Assembly: GCA_051294905.1 (NCBI GenBank)
Contig: CM119386.1
Span: forward strand, 10,292,001-10,356,000
Direction of reading: 5' to 3'
DNA: 64,000 nt
DNA from: Botryllus schlosseri
Lineage: Eukaryota
The notes under the pieces are model-generated. The model saw only the letters and a program-made list of their open reading frames with translations, was not told the DNA's origin and searched no databases. This document shows, piece after piece, positions 37,318 through 50,400 of the stretch. The position numbers and the translations under genes were made by a program. The stretch's first letter is position 1. Each line of letters starts with the position of its first letter.

Positions 37318-37641
37318 AAGCTTATATTCCCTTGCAAGTCCTCGTCGAAATTGTTGGCAAAGCGACGGAAGATATTGATTTTATCGGATTATTATATCAT
37401 TTGATTGCTCCAGTTGATACATTTGGCGACGTTTAAAAAGTCAATATGTACTTCAGCATTGTGGCATTATGTGGCTCCAGTCGTCGCTAGGTATCATGTG
37501 TACAATGTACGTGCAAGGACATTTATATATATAACTTCATTGAAATGTAGGGTTGGAATTAGCTATATATGACGTCACGTGACGTCATGAGGTTCGCGTT
37601 CACACGAACCTGAACCTTTCAAGAGGTTTACACCATACCTA
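37318..37641. mobile_element. Right half of a TAGGGATGGTGTGAAC-family MITE
   Basis: Matches ~23470-23788, including the right TIR. Confidence 0.75.
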
Positions 37642-38166
37642 ATATATATTATAAATATAAATAAATCTACACATACAAAGAACGAATCCATCTAACACAC
37701 CTGCGAATAGGTTTTTCCAAGCACAGCACTAAAAGTAATAAACTTGCTCATGTTGCCGATCTAAAATCACACTCGTTGTCCGAATTAAGTCAATTACGTT
37801 TCAGTTTCTGTAATGTTTAGCAATTTGAACCTTTCAAAATGCATGGGCCTCGAAGTCTGGCTATCGCGCCGCCAATGAAATAAAAAATACCGTGGTAAAA
37901 TATAATTTATCAGATGAAGATATTAAGAAAAAGTTTAATTAAGTACCTAGAGTAATTTGATTTTTAGTACGCATTTTATCAATATTTTTACCACGTTTCT
38001 TGAGGCTTTCGCGGACCGCACAAAACGGTGTTGGGGGCCGTAGTTTGCCCACTCCTGGTTTAGGCGTACCACATTTTGTGGCTCAAATTACGGGCAGTCT
38101 TTTAGCGCCCACTAGCGGATTTCAAAATGAGGTACGAGTACATTGTTGGTCAACATGACGTTACAC

Positions 38167-39731
38167 CAGGGGTGGGCAATTATTTTCTTCGGCGGGTCAA
38201 ATGAGAAGCAGAAAATATGTTGGCGGGCGGAGAAATTTTAGCTGTATTCTCCAGCGTATTGATTTTATTTTTTAATTGAAATCTTCGCCTTCAGACCAGA
38301 CCCATCAGGATGCATGTTTTTAACACTACTCCTGAGCGAGATTCTTATATACACCAATTGGCAACGTTTTACGCCCTAAGCGCGGAATTTTTCAATGTTT
38401 CATGATTCAATCGGTCGATAATATTGGTAATTGCATACATATAGCTATATTTTTTAAATCTCTTTCAGCCCTCGTACTCAGTTTTACCGCTGGAGCAGAG
38501 TGAGGTGTTGTCATGGAAATAATATTCGAGAGTGCCTGTTGGTATAATTACTGTGACGTTACATGTTATTATTTCGTGACCTCCCGTAGGCTATGTGAAA
38601 AGATATTGAAATCACCAAAGCGTACCAAACTAAAAGACGCACACGATTACCAATGGATATTTCTTCACTGGAAAATATTGCCTATGGACAATTGGACATC
38701 GTGGTTTTTGGTCAACATGGGATCAGTCCTTTTGGGCCTAGGCTTTCTCGATGTCGAGCTTTTATACTTAATTTGATCAACAGTTGAAATTGTACTGCCT
38801 TCTCAGAATCCCGTCTTGGCCTAAACTTCATATATCTTGGTACCTCGTGGCGCGGTAATGGCTGACGCCAAAATACCCAATTCTATAACCATTGATCTCG
38901 AAATCGCGCCTAGCGCAAGAAAAATTTGAAATGAGTTGCATAAATTTTCAAAAAATACTCTATAATTTATGGTCATTCACGAAATAATTTTGGGCGCCCT
39001 TCGAGCTCGCCCCCGAATTGGGGGTTTGGGGTGCGGCAGTTACGGTCCTGGGGATGCTTTCAAGCTTATTGTCTTGGTAGCTGGTTTCCGAGAAGTGTGC
39101 AGCTTGCCGAAATGGCCTTGTTGTTAAGCCAAGCTAGCAGTTATTCCGATATTCGCCGTCCCTTGATCGAGTGTAGGCCCTATGTCTTCGTGTTTTTGTC
39201 ATCGAACCGACTTGAATAATACTCCTTGAACACGGCGACGTATCTGGCATTAACTACTAAAAAGTATGGTAATAATCAAATATTTAGTCCTCCGAACCAT
39301 CTTTGAATTTCAACTTTCTTTTTTGACATCCTTTATGGTTGGTGATATACTCAGAGAAATCACGGGCAGTGAATGACTTGGATTTGGATTTGGAAACACA
39401 GACCGTGCAATTCGTAATGTGACAATGACAACAAAGAAGGTTTGGCGACTTGGGACTTTAATTGTAACGGCATAATTTGCTACATTGACTTTACTTTGAA
39501 TCTGGATTCGGCACGTGAGGTACGTATAGGCTGCGTAATCGCGGCATGTTAGTGAACAGGCTTGATAGTAAACGAATTTCCGGTTCAGTTTATACATCCT
39601 ATGGTTTTAGTCCACGCAGCAACATTAAAATGTAGGTTTTATATTTTCAATTTCAAGCAATCTTTCGTGGGCCGCACAGAATAGCTCCGCGGGCCGCATT
39701 TGGCCCGCGGGCCCCACTTTGCCCAGGCCTG
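38167..39731. mobile_element. hAT/Charlie-like MITE
   Basis: Termini CAGGGGTGGGCAA...TTGCCCAGGCCTG; perfect 8-bp TSD CGTTACAC. Confidence 0.85.
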
Positions 39732-40740
39732 CGTTACACCATCAAAGTTTTGCCTATCGTCCAGAGGTGGTCACGATCCGGTTCAGAAGTATGTTGTTGT
39801 GTGTTGTAAGTTGTAACCAGGACCGAAGTCCCATTTTCAGCCCCCTCCCGCCCAAATAAACACTGATCTTGGCCCCCCATAGGGTAATCGATGCAACTTT
39901 TAGGGGCTTGCTATATGCATCTGGTTTCTATATGCATCTAATCGTTAAATTTTTTCAATGAATTCTGTCAATAATATTGGTTCTTCCATATATTACTATA
40001 TAGTTTTGATCCTCTCGCCGTCCATTTGATCAGAGTTAGCGGTAGACCTGGTGGAGGAGGATGACTTCAAAAATGCAGGGAGCATAATTGTACAATGTAC
40101 ATCGTTAAGTCATGCTCATGTCACACCGATAAGATTATTTATCAGACGAATGCCGGTGCACACCACTGAGCTATACTACTTAACTACACATCCGGTGGAT
40201 CCCGACCTTTTATGGTCGCAACTCCATTTCCCATTTGATGAGCTGATTATTATTTAAAAAAAGGGTCAGCATCCTTTGCCCAGACTTACTCGTGGCCTAT
40301 TTTGGAAGTTGATTACTTTCAACATCTTCGCGAACCCCAGAATAAAGGCAAACGACCCCCAGGTAATTAGAACCACAATCTTTGAAAAAAGCGTTTAAAC
40401 GGCCTTAACGGACTCCTAATTGCGATTACAATTATACTTATTTCAGTAAGTGAAGGTTATTTTTATTTATTTTTATCGCAGTTTTTGCGATCAAGATTTG
40501 CGATACTAAATCGCGTGGAGCGCGAAGAAAAATTTCATGTGGCATAAATATGCACAAAAATAATGTTTTAATGTTGATTTACGAAAAAATTATAAGCCTA
40601 CTTCAAGCCTTCAAAATTCCGAACATTTAGGCATATTTTAGAATTTCCTCCCGGACGCAGTTTGAACATTGAAATTCCGGACATGTCCGGGAAATTCTGG
40701 ACATATGGCAACCCTAGTATAGTTAGGTGTAAGATGTTAC

Positions 40741-40890
40741 GGAGCGAGGTAGTGTAATGGTGATGCGTCCGTCTTCTCGGTCGGTAGGTAGTGGGTTCGA
40801 TCCCCGGCCGGGTCGTACCAAAAACTCGAAAGTCGGTATATCCGCAACCATTCTACTAGACGCTCAGCCACCACGGATAGCATGGAGGAG
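40741..40890 (+). mobile_element. tRNA-derived SINE family 2
   Basis: A-box TAGTGTAATGG and B-box GGTTCGATCCC, followed by a body shared with 46998-47135; no acceptor stem, so not a tRNA. Confidence 0.65.
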
Positions 40891-41116
40891 AAGAAACGGG
40901 GGTGCAGACTAGGTCGTATCGCATCTGCGTCGTCGAAGCATCTCGATGGTGCAGGCGAAAAAGAATATCATATCTTTTTCTCTCTCTCGTTTACGCGATG
41001 CGACATTTTCACGAGATAGGCTACCTAATACACATGTATACCCCTTACCCCCTCGTGTAGAGGCTACTACACCTTGATTGGGAGATTGACTTTCATATCT
41101 GTGAGACGAAAATTAA

Positions 41117-41122
41117 TTTATT
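41117..41122 (-). terminator. Candidate polyadenylation signal of the tolloid gene
   Basis: AATAAA on the minus strand ~350 nt after the stop codon. Confidence 0.4.
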
Positions 41123-41467
41123 GCGGGCTCGCTATACATATAGAACCGATCACCAACTCGTCACAAGGAACTTGTACTTGTCATTGGCAGTCAAAATTGG
41201 TCCACGTTCCTCGCATCAATATTAGTACGGCCTAGGCCTATATGTAGAAAGAACTGGTGAAAATAGCATATGAGTGTTGAAGAAATTCCTCCTCAAGAAG
41301 CAAGTACAAGCTATATATCTGCCCCGTACATCTCGCAAAGTCCTATCATCACACATCGGCAGTGTAGTCGCAATGAGTGCAGTGACGGCCCTTCGACGAA
41401 GGAAGCATTCGTGTCCTCCAAATACTTCCACCTTTATAGTTTTGGGTGCTGTTCTTCCCAAGATAAA

Positions 41468-44400
41468 TCATCCATTGGCGTCCGGAGCAGCCTCAAGGGC
41501 GGCTTGTGATTGTACAGAAGAGGTGACCGTGTATTTCAAGTGAAACCCCTTCTTATTGATGGTGTCGTCGGAATGGAATCGTATTAGTACAGCGTCGCTG
41601 TTTGATAAGATCGGTTCGATTTCCTTAACAAAATATTATACTTGCTTTACTATTGTAGCTTGTAACTATACATCGATCATACCTTTAACCCGCAATGTCG
41701 GCCGAAACGTGTCGCTGAATCATCCCTGCCGTCGTAAACTTCTAGAAAATCATAACTGCAATCGGCTTCTTCCTCCACCTAAACCAGTATTCTACCGTCA
41801 CTAACTGGTCAATCGCAAAGGCATTACTATCGGGTTCCGCTAGTTGGAGTAGAGTACCTCAAAAGCGGAGAAAAGCAATTTAACCGGTGATCCGTCTTGG
41901 GTTGATATTAACCAATCGCAGTCTTGTCCGCTGATGTAGTTGGTGTCGCCGTACTGCGGATGCGAATACAGATCTTTCATATGAGATGTCGCGCTGAGAT
42001 TACCTCCGCAGACTGAAATTGAATTGAAAGTGTTGAGCCTCGTGATGAGCTGATACCCAAATTGCATCTGACTGTTCACTACTTCATGGAATTTGAGACG
42101 TTTTGAACTGTGGATGAGGTTGAAGTTGAAGTAGTCATATGTATGACTTAAAAGTAGAAATAGAAACGCCTATCTCCAGGTCAGGTGCAATATAAACATT
42201 TTCACTAAACGACAACAGATCGATGCGAAATACATGCAATTTTGAACTACAATACTAGTTAGCCCTCTGGTTTACCGGACCAAGAACTGCCATATCGATC
42301 TCGCCTTCCGACACATGTCACCTTTTTTGTTGCCTGTCCTTTTATATTATATTCTTTTACTTTTCATTCAGTGTGCATGGCTCCTTTTTACATCGCCTAG
42401 GCCAGGCCGGCCAACCCGTGGCCCGCGAGAAGGTTTTGAGTGGCCCGCGAGGTAATTTCCGAAATTTCAAATATTATCAAAAATGGATTGCACAGATTGT
42501 GAACTTGCAAGGCCAACCAAAAATTTTGATTAGTCTGGCCGCAACATTTGAGATGTGATGAATAAAATATCAGTTCCGACGCATTGGCAGATCCATGAGC
42601 CAGTCACATTTTGGTAGATCTTCGTACACTACAATAAAGCAGAATAATTTGCGATAGATTTTTCAAAAGTAAAAATTTTCTACACGCTTCGCGCAACATG
42701 TTGTCACTCGATTTCTTGCTTTTAATATTGTTGCCCCTTTGTGAAAATGAAAGAACGCCTAATGTAGCAGATTGAGTCGAACTATATTTGCGATTACGAG
42801 ACAAAGTGTCGTTCAACATATGCGACCTTGCGTTTCCGCTCGCAGAAAGACCGTCGACTATGAAACCTAGGCACAGAATGATTGGCGCATGTTGGTCGAA
42901 GCTTTCGATATCGATATGTCCACTGTCCAGGCCCCGAATAGTCCAGTCCTTGCAACCTGAGCCCAGCGATATACAGCAGGCCCGCAATATAGTAAAGTGA
43001 CAATATTATTGACCTATGAACTTCAAAAAATTTTCGCGCTTCGCGCGGCTAGTGGCCCGCGCAATAGTTCGTCATTCGAATGTGGCCCTTTGGCTGAAAA
43101 GGTTGGCCACCCCTGGCCTAGGCCAAGGTGGGTGTCTGGTTTCGAAGACTACTCAAAGTCGTTTCGACACCTTCCTATCTTTCATTGTATCCCAGTCTTG
43201 TGGTGTATTGAGTAGCCTACTAAGGTTCGAGTCGAGTCTTCGATTGTCACATGTTATGGCGTTATAACAGTAAAAAAGACTTCAAACGTTCAAATTGGGG
43301 GGGGGGGAGATATTGCCAGTCACACATCATCGAAAATATTGTCCTATTTCTGGGCCATGACTATTTCGTAGCGCTTTGAGACCATTGTGAGGCTCGATCA
43401 CCACTTTGAAATGCCGTTCCGTTAATATTCGTAGACTTATCCAACATGTTTTAAGCGCTGAGATGAGACGGAAGAAATGAAGTATATATTTTCTATATTT
43501 TCCTTCCCCAAAAATATTGACCCTCACTACTCGACTAGAATCGTTACAATCACAATTCTTACTTCACAAAACTAGGATTAACTTAACTTTATTTTAGTTC
43601 ACCTCTGGAAAATGAAGACTTTGACGCAGTCTAATACACTAACACAGACGCTTACCTGTGCTGTGCGTAGCCGAAAAGCCCCGCCGCTGAACGGACGCGT
43701 CCGAATAAAACTTTACAAACAGCTTGTTGGTGGACGCGACCACCATTTCAGGCTGCCTGTTGCCGCAAAATTTTCCCAGGACCGGCGCCTCCGGATCGAT
43801 TCCGTCATATAACTGAACGTGATCGTACAGGCACTCCTGCTGCAGTTCCAGGTCGAATTCGTTGAAAACCTTGTACAGACATCGGGGTTTGTGTTTGTCA
43901 GAGGTCGGAGGAGGGGTGGTCAAATTAGTCAGCGTTGGTATTCAAGCAGAAGTAGAAGTAACGCCGAAATTTCTACTCAGGTACAGACAGAGGAATAATT
44001 TACAAGACATGTGAAATCTACTTCAAGTTGAAGCAGAAAACGACAGTCTGAAATGTAAGCCTACTCGAGTAAGTTGTTTCAACGCATATTTTAGCGATTG
44101 ATAGGTGGTTTCTAATTCGGAAATCACAAAGTGCGTCTTAGCGGCTAAGACTACAATTGGGTGCTTATTTCGAAAATACTTTCAGTTCCGCGATACGGGG
44201 GCCATTTCACCTATAGTTTTTATGACGCTTTAACACATAAAGGTACGGTTACCATATGTCCTCCGTTCGAGTGGGTCATTCGGTAGTCGAGTTTTCTTTT
44301 AGTCAACACCACAGAAATATCCGGTGATACGGGACTACAGTCATAGTGATGACCGTTTATTTAGTCAACACTACAAGATTTCCAGTGAAGATATCAAAAT

Positions 44401-47400
44401 ATGCTGTTATCAATTTCGGTAATTTAACTTTTATCGTACAATAAAAGTGTCCTCCTTTCCCGATTGCCTTACAAGTTGTAAAGTATAGGCGAAAGCAGTC
44501 TTATTACAAAAATCCTTGAGTGAGAAATGCGAGTAGGAAAAACTTTGAGTACTCCGAGAAGGTAGTATTTCGTTATACTGACCAGCCCAATTTTCCCTCT
44601 AATTTTTGACGAGTCTGCGCACAATCACCAACTCACTGCGCAGACCCTTGGACAACAGTGCGTATAGCGACTAATAAAAAGGTCATCACCTCGGATTTTT
44701 AGTGCGCAACTTAGATTTTCTGTGCGCAGAGACCATGTCTCAGCACTGCGCATTTGCGCCCGTGCGCAGCTTAGAGGGTACATTGCTGACCACCTCTGGT
44801 TCGAGGTGAAGCGTAGCTTACCACTTTAACCCTGTGTCCGGGCGTAGTCGCAATCATCCATGTGCATTCCTTTTTCGCCGGATATTTGTTTGGCCAATTG
44901 GGACTGGTCAGTTCCCCGACGGCGGAGCGGATTTCGTGTTTGCAATCGGCTGAAATGAAAACTCGTTTCACAGGCTATACTCAATATATTGGTCGGAGAC
45001 GGTTAAGTCCTACATGAAGATCAGGGTTGTAACCGAGTCACAAGGTTCGGAGTCACAAGTCAATTGGACTTTTATAGTTTTGACTCGAGTCAAGTCGAGT
45101 CATTTTCAATGCATAACCTAGTCAAGTTCGAGTCCAAGTCAGGGGGGCAACGGGCCGAGTCCGAGTCACGGTGTTTATTACTGTTCATTGCTGTTTACTG
45201 TGAAACTGTTGAGTGATATCAAAGGCTTCGTGTTCGTGTAATAGCTGTAATTGCAAATGCACAGTTGCATATACGCTTGATTGCACACCAACTTGAGTCT
45301 GAAACACTACAACAAAATGTACGCATTCAATATCATTTGAGATCCCAAAATAGATTATTGGCAAAGTGTTCAATTATGATACTAAACTTTACAACTTCTA
45401 CTGGACTAATATCCTACATATCTATTTCGCCTACAGACACCATATTTTCATCGCGTATCCTTTTGATGTTATGTTGCGTTACTTTCTACATCAGCGTGCA
45501 AGCCTGTTATTGACAAGTTCTAGGCCATGTTGGGTGGTCAAGTCGTTTAGACTCCTTCCTATCTTTTCATTCAATCTTGTGGTCTTTTGAAATCATGAAT
45601 TTATTAATAAACTGATCTCAACTCAACTTAAATTCCACTGCATGACGCAGCATTATAGTGAGCATTGTAGAGTAACACTAGGACACTATGACATTACCTT
45701 CCTTGCATCCAAGCTTGTCAGAGTGTAAGACAAATCCATTTCTGCAGAGGCAATAGAAGCTACCGAGTGTATTCGTGCATTCCTGCTCGCATCCGCCGTT
45801 GTTTATTGCACATTCGTCTTTGTCGGAGAGAAATTTGATTCTGAAACCTGTAGCAGAAAACTCAATCAGGGAAATGTCAGAGGTGATCAATACCAAAGTA
45901 CTACAACTGTTTTGTCCATTTGTTCTACTTACTCAGGTGATCGATTACTTCGACTGCTACTTAACTTGATTTATTAGTACAGCGATTTTTTGACATGTCA
46001 AAAAAAGTCAAAATTTTGTCAAAATTATAGCGTTAGGTCAACAAATGTCAAAATCGTTTACAAAGTCAAAATTTCTTTGCAACCTGCATTTCGTTTGAGT
46101 CGTAGATTTTGCACTGTCGGTGAACTTTGACATTTTGCAGCTAGCAGCCTACTTTATAGGCCTACCGTTGTAGACGACCCATTGTCTGTTCATTGTGAAT
46201 CATAAACATTCAAATAAAACAAATAGGTTGACATGGTGTTATGCTCAACGTACACCACATATCCTACGCACAACTTCAGTACTGCTGCTGTCGAAAGTTC
46301 TTTCTCCATTCTTGGCAAGCTACACTTTCTACCCGAGAATGTAGGAAAGTATCTTTCGTTATACAACACATTTTTATTATTTCCGCCATAATACGTGATG
46401 TAAGTACTGGAATTCTTCATAGGACCAGATTTCGTTAAAATAAAGTTTTTTCGTGTAAGAATTTGTCAGTTTTTGAGTCAAAAAAGTTTTTTCAGGCCAA
46501 ACTACTTCGTAAGGACAGACAGTTCCAACCAGAAATGACGATAAGTAGTACAATTCTAACATTATGTGGGAAAACACCTAATTTGCATACGTTAGGTCAA
46601 GATTTGGTCAAAATTAAGTTTTATAAGGTCGAAAAATGTCAAAATTTTGATTTTTTAGGTCAAAATCTTCCGTTTTTGGTAAAAAATCGCCCTGGTTATA
46701 TGCAAAACTATACTCACTTATTACGTTTTCGATTTCGTAAAGCAGAAAGTCGTTTTGAGATACGCTTGCGTCAGTTTTGCGAGTGGAATTGTCATGGGGA
46801 CTATGGGCGAAGGAGCCTATGTACCAACCACGATAATAGATCATATTTTTCAAAACTTTACCAATCGGTATATCTGTAGTGTTATCTGTCATTTTGTGAA
46901 TATAGTCGCGTTCATGCATCTCGCAGTTTCGATCTTCATTTTCTACTTCTACCAGTAGATTGGACATGTCTTATAAATTCCTACTTATATCTTCTGCTTG
47001 AGTAGCAATGCTGACTACTTGATCGGTAGGTCGTGGGTTCAAACCCCGGGCAGGTTAGACCAAAGACCTGATCAGTAAAACTGGTATCCTTGGCTCCCCG
47101 CTTGGCGTTCAGCATTCCGGGATAGTATGGAGGGATGGTGCAAGACTTCGAAAATATTACAACGCTATTTCTGCACCTTCCTTGTCCAGCGGCATATGCA
47201 CTTTATGCACTCATGGTATTAATATGCGCAGATTGTCCGTATGTATCTCATGAGTCAGTGTATATGCCGCAAAAACATCAAGGAACTTCCCATTCCGATT
47301 CCTTCTACTTTGACCACCTCGGGTTACAGTATGTATTATTCCCAAACAACTGTACAGAATTCCTTATCATAATCCTATTCTCACCTCGTTTCGACACAGT

Positions 47401-50400
47401 GTCGTCGGACTTGAAAGTCAACCGTACTTGATTAGTAGTGGATCGTACAACAGGAGGAAGATCAATACCGCAAAATCGACCGTGAAATTTCGATTCCTCG
47501 GTCAAGCCGCTGCGTACTTCCACGTAGTCATACTTGCAGACCTGCGGGAATACAAGAAAGACGGCTTCAAGCGATTTGAAGTAGCTCCACTCGAAAGCAA
47601 AACCGAGTCACGCGCGCTTCGGGGAAACTTATATGTTGACACCGCATACACGAGGCGCACGGCCGTGCAAAACCATAGACACGTTTTCCATCTGAACTTC
47701 GCGGTGTAGTAATTGATACGCCAGCGCTGAGGTTCAGAGTAAACATTTCGTTCCAGTCAATTGCGAAACAAACTAATCGGAAACCGCGGATAATGTTAAA
47801 ATCCGTGACGACAATAGAAGTTTTTCTACGCGAACGGAAGGGCGGGCAACTGACCCCAATAGATAAGATCATGTTCTACAGCAAAAGTAGATAATGAATC
47901 ACATTAAAGGTAAAACGGTCTCGGGCGTTTTCAGACAGGGTACGATTGCAAGTGAGAAATGCACAATAGGCCGCACTTGCTTCAATCATAGCATATATAA
48001 ATATAGGCTCAAAAGGACAATTGGACGCGTGAAATAGGGTCCATCAAACCACTAGGTGTCGCCAGACTTTGGGTGGTAACCGCAGTTGTTACGTACGCGA
48101 TACCGTTGTCATAAACCTGTAGGCTGCTTTCCCGACTGTAAAAATGGCTACAACGTGTTCTACTTGGACCGTGAGCTCGTTAAAGGATGAATTAAAACTT
48201 CGGAACAACGGCGGTTAACACCCAAAGTCTGGCGACACCTAGTGTTTGATGGACCCTATTGAGGACTTTGGGTCGTCTTCATATCAGATGTTGATTCACG
48301 ATTCTTGAGAAGCCTGACTCGGATTCGGACATGAAGTAATGCGTAATAATGAGAAATTTCGACGCGAGTTTTTTAACGGGTTTGAGTAGATTTCGGATAC
48401 GAACATTGGATTGGGAGATGTCTATATAGGGACGTGGCGAAACGCTCCCATAATCCCAACATCGAGACGTTATTCTTTTTGGTTACTTACGTCCCTATTC
48501 ATACTTGTAGCGTCAGTATTTGAAAAACACCCATGCAAACTTTTATTCACGCTACACCACGGGCAATGGACATTACGCACTTCGATTTGAAGAGTAGATT
48601 CGAAAATATTATAAAACCACATCACATCTATATAATATACTTCGTTGAGCCGATAGCAGGCGATATAGATAAAATTACGATATTGGTAGCTATCACAAAT
48701 ATTGGAGTGTTTGGTAGTATTAATTGGGCGTTAAATACGGCGTGAAAGCTACCAAGTTCTTAATCATATGTATTGCAGTGTGCGAATGCAACAACTCAAC
48801 TGTCAAAGCGAAATTCCCAACTGTAAACGCTAGAAATTCGCTGAAAGCTAGCAAAGCTGCCATCGACCAGAATCACTGCGAAATTACAGCTCGCGGGGTC
48901 ACGGCGATACAATACAACTCTAAACACGCCGATTAAGCACGGTACCGACCTCGTTTCCTTCAAGTTCAAATTTCTCGAAGTGAATCGAAATCCGATGCTG
49001 TGGCGGCGCGACGATTTGCCACACGCATTGCTTGTTCGTCGGGTACTCGTTGGGGTAGTTCGGCGACGTGATGAACCCGTCCAGATTAGTGACGTATCCG
49101 CCACAAGCAGCGTCGCAGGTTCTGAAGGTAGGATGTACGTTTACGTGAAGATAATTCAAAAAGGTGACTGTTGGTTCTAAACTTGCATATTGTTTTCCGG
49201 ACCACATTCATTGAAGTATAATTTATTCACTCGAAGACTTTCCGTGCGTCCCTTATCAAGAGTTAACGACACAATAACAAGCACATAAATAGATATTCAA
49301 AAACTAAAACCAATTTGGCAAAAGTATCACGCAACCATGTAATTTACGAAAAATCACACCAGGCGAAGTCCCCTTGTACCGGTAACTATGCGGAGTCATA
49401 GCAACGAGTCACGAGAATCAATTTATCCTATACATGGAAAAACCTTGGACAGACACACAGCAGTGAATATGAATGAACAGTTTTAAGATTGCAAAGGAAC
49501 TACTTCTGTGGGCCTAAATCGGGATTGTTTAATTTACTGATCTGCCGTGGGAAATCACAGTGAACGTGGCATCATTGTAATTACTGGTATAGCGCGGATT
49601 GTTCATTAATGTTCACCAATTGAAGAATTAAATGCAGTCAGCACTTCTGTACGATTAGCTGGTTGGTAGACCTGGCCGATTCCGTCATATTTGCAGTTCA
49701 GAAAATTGTTCGGTAAAAAAGCGCGAATTACGTAGGGCTATACTTACCGGCCATCCTCGTTCAACTCGTATCCGGGATTACATTCGCATTTGAAGCTTCC
49801 CAGCGTGTTTACACATCTTTGCTCGCATCCTCCGTTGCGTTCATCCGCGCATTCGTCCGTTTCTTTGAAGAACTTCGCCGCGAACCCGGCTTTGTTGACC
49901 GAGCCTAGCATTAAGATAGATAAGATATTGAGGCTAATCCTGACAGGCTCATAGCGAACGGGACAAGAGGCCATCCGCAACGCCATTTTTTATTGTAGAA
50001 TTCTGACGTCATATGCAGAGGTAAAGGTAGCCATCGGCAATACTCAAGTAGAAGTAGCAGTAACGCTATGACTTTCTTCTCGGTTCCAAAACATGTCAAA
50101 ACTAATTCAAGCGGAAGTAGACAATAAATGGTCTACATATTACTCAGGCAATACTTTCAAAAAGTGGATCTGGCACAGGGGTCGCATAATTTTAGCATAG
50201 TTACTCGAAAGTATGGCTACCGTCGTCATTACAAGATGTATCTCCGAGACTATGACTGATGGTACTACAAATAGAAAGAATCTTCGAAAATATATTCAGT
50301 TAATGTGACACAGGAGCTATTTCAGGCGATTCTTGTAACGATTTCACTCGTGAAAGTGACACAAACTTATCCCAAAACTGCTTTCTACTTAAAAACTGTA

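Larger units (their letters stand above)
36439..38057. mobile_element. hAT/Charlie-like MITE with nested fragments
   Basis: TIR CAGGAGTGAGCAAAC...GTTTGCCCACTCCTG; 7/8 TSD GTTTAGGG/GTTTAGGC. Confidence 0.75.
36434..40716. mobile_element. TAGGGTTGCCA-type MITE (~1.1 kb net) hosting nested insertions
   Basis: Segments 38058-38166 and 39732-40716 match the reverse complement of 59251-60391; right TIR TGGCAACCCTA; 7/8 TSD CTATAGTT/GTATAGTT. Confidence 0.7.

Noticed and set aside
40741-40820. tRNA gene candidates here and at 14270-14334, 46998-47060 and 58120-58198
   Set aside because: A/B boxes are present but acceptor and anticodon stems do not pair, and each runs into a shared repeat body, so they are SINE heads.
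47305-47385. Short BMP1-like isoform by read-through after CUB3
   Set aside because: The ~24-codon read-through is within chance expectation, I saw no supporting polyA signal or acceptor, and the intron position differs from the vertebrate BMP1 switch as I recall it.
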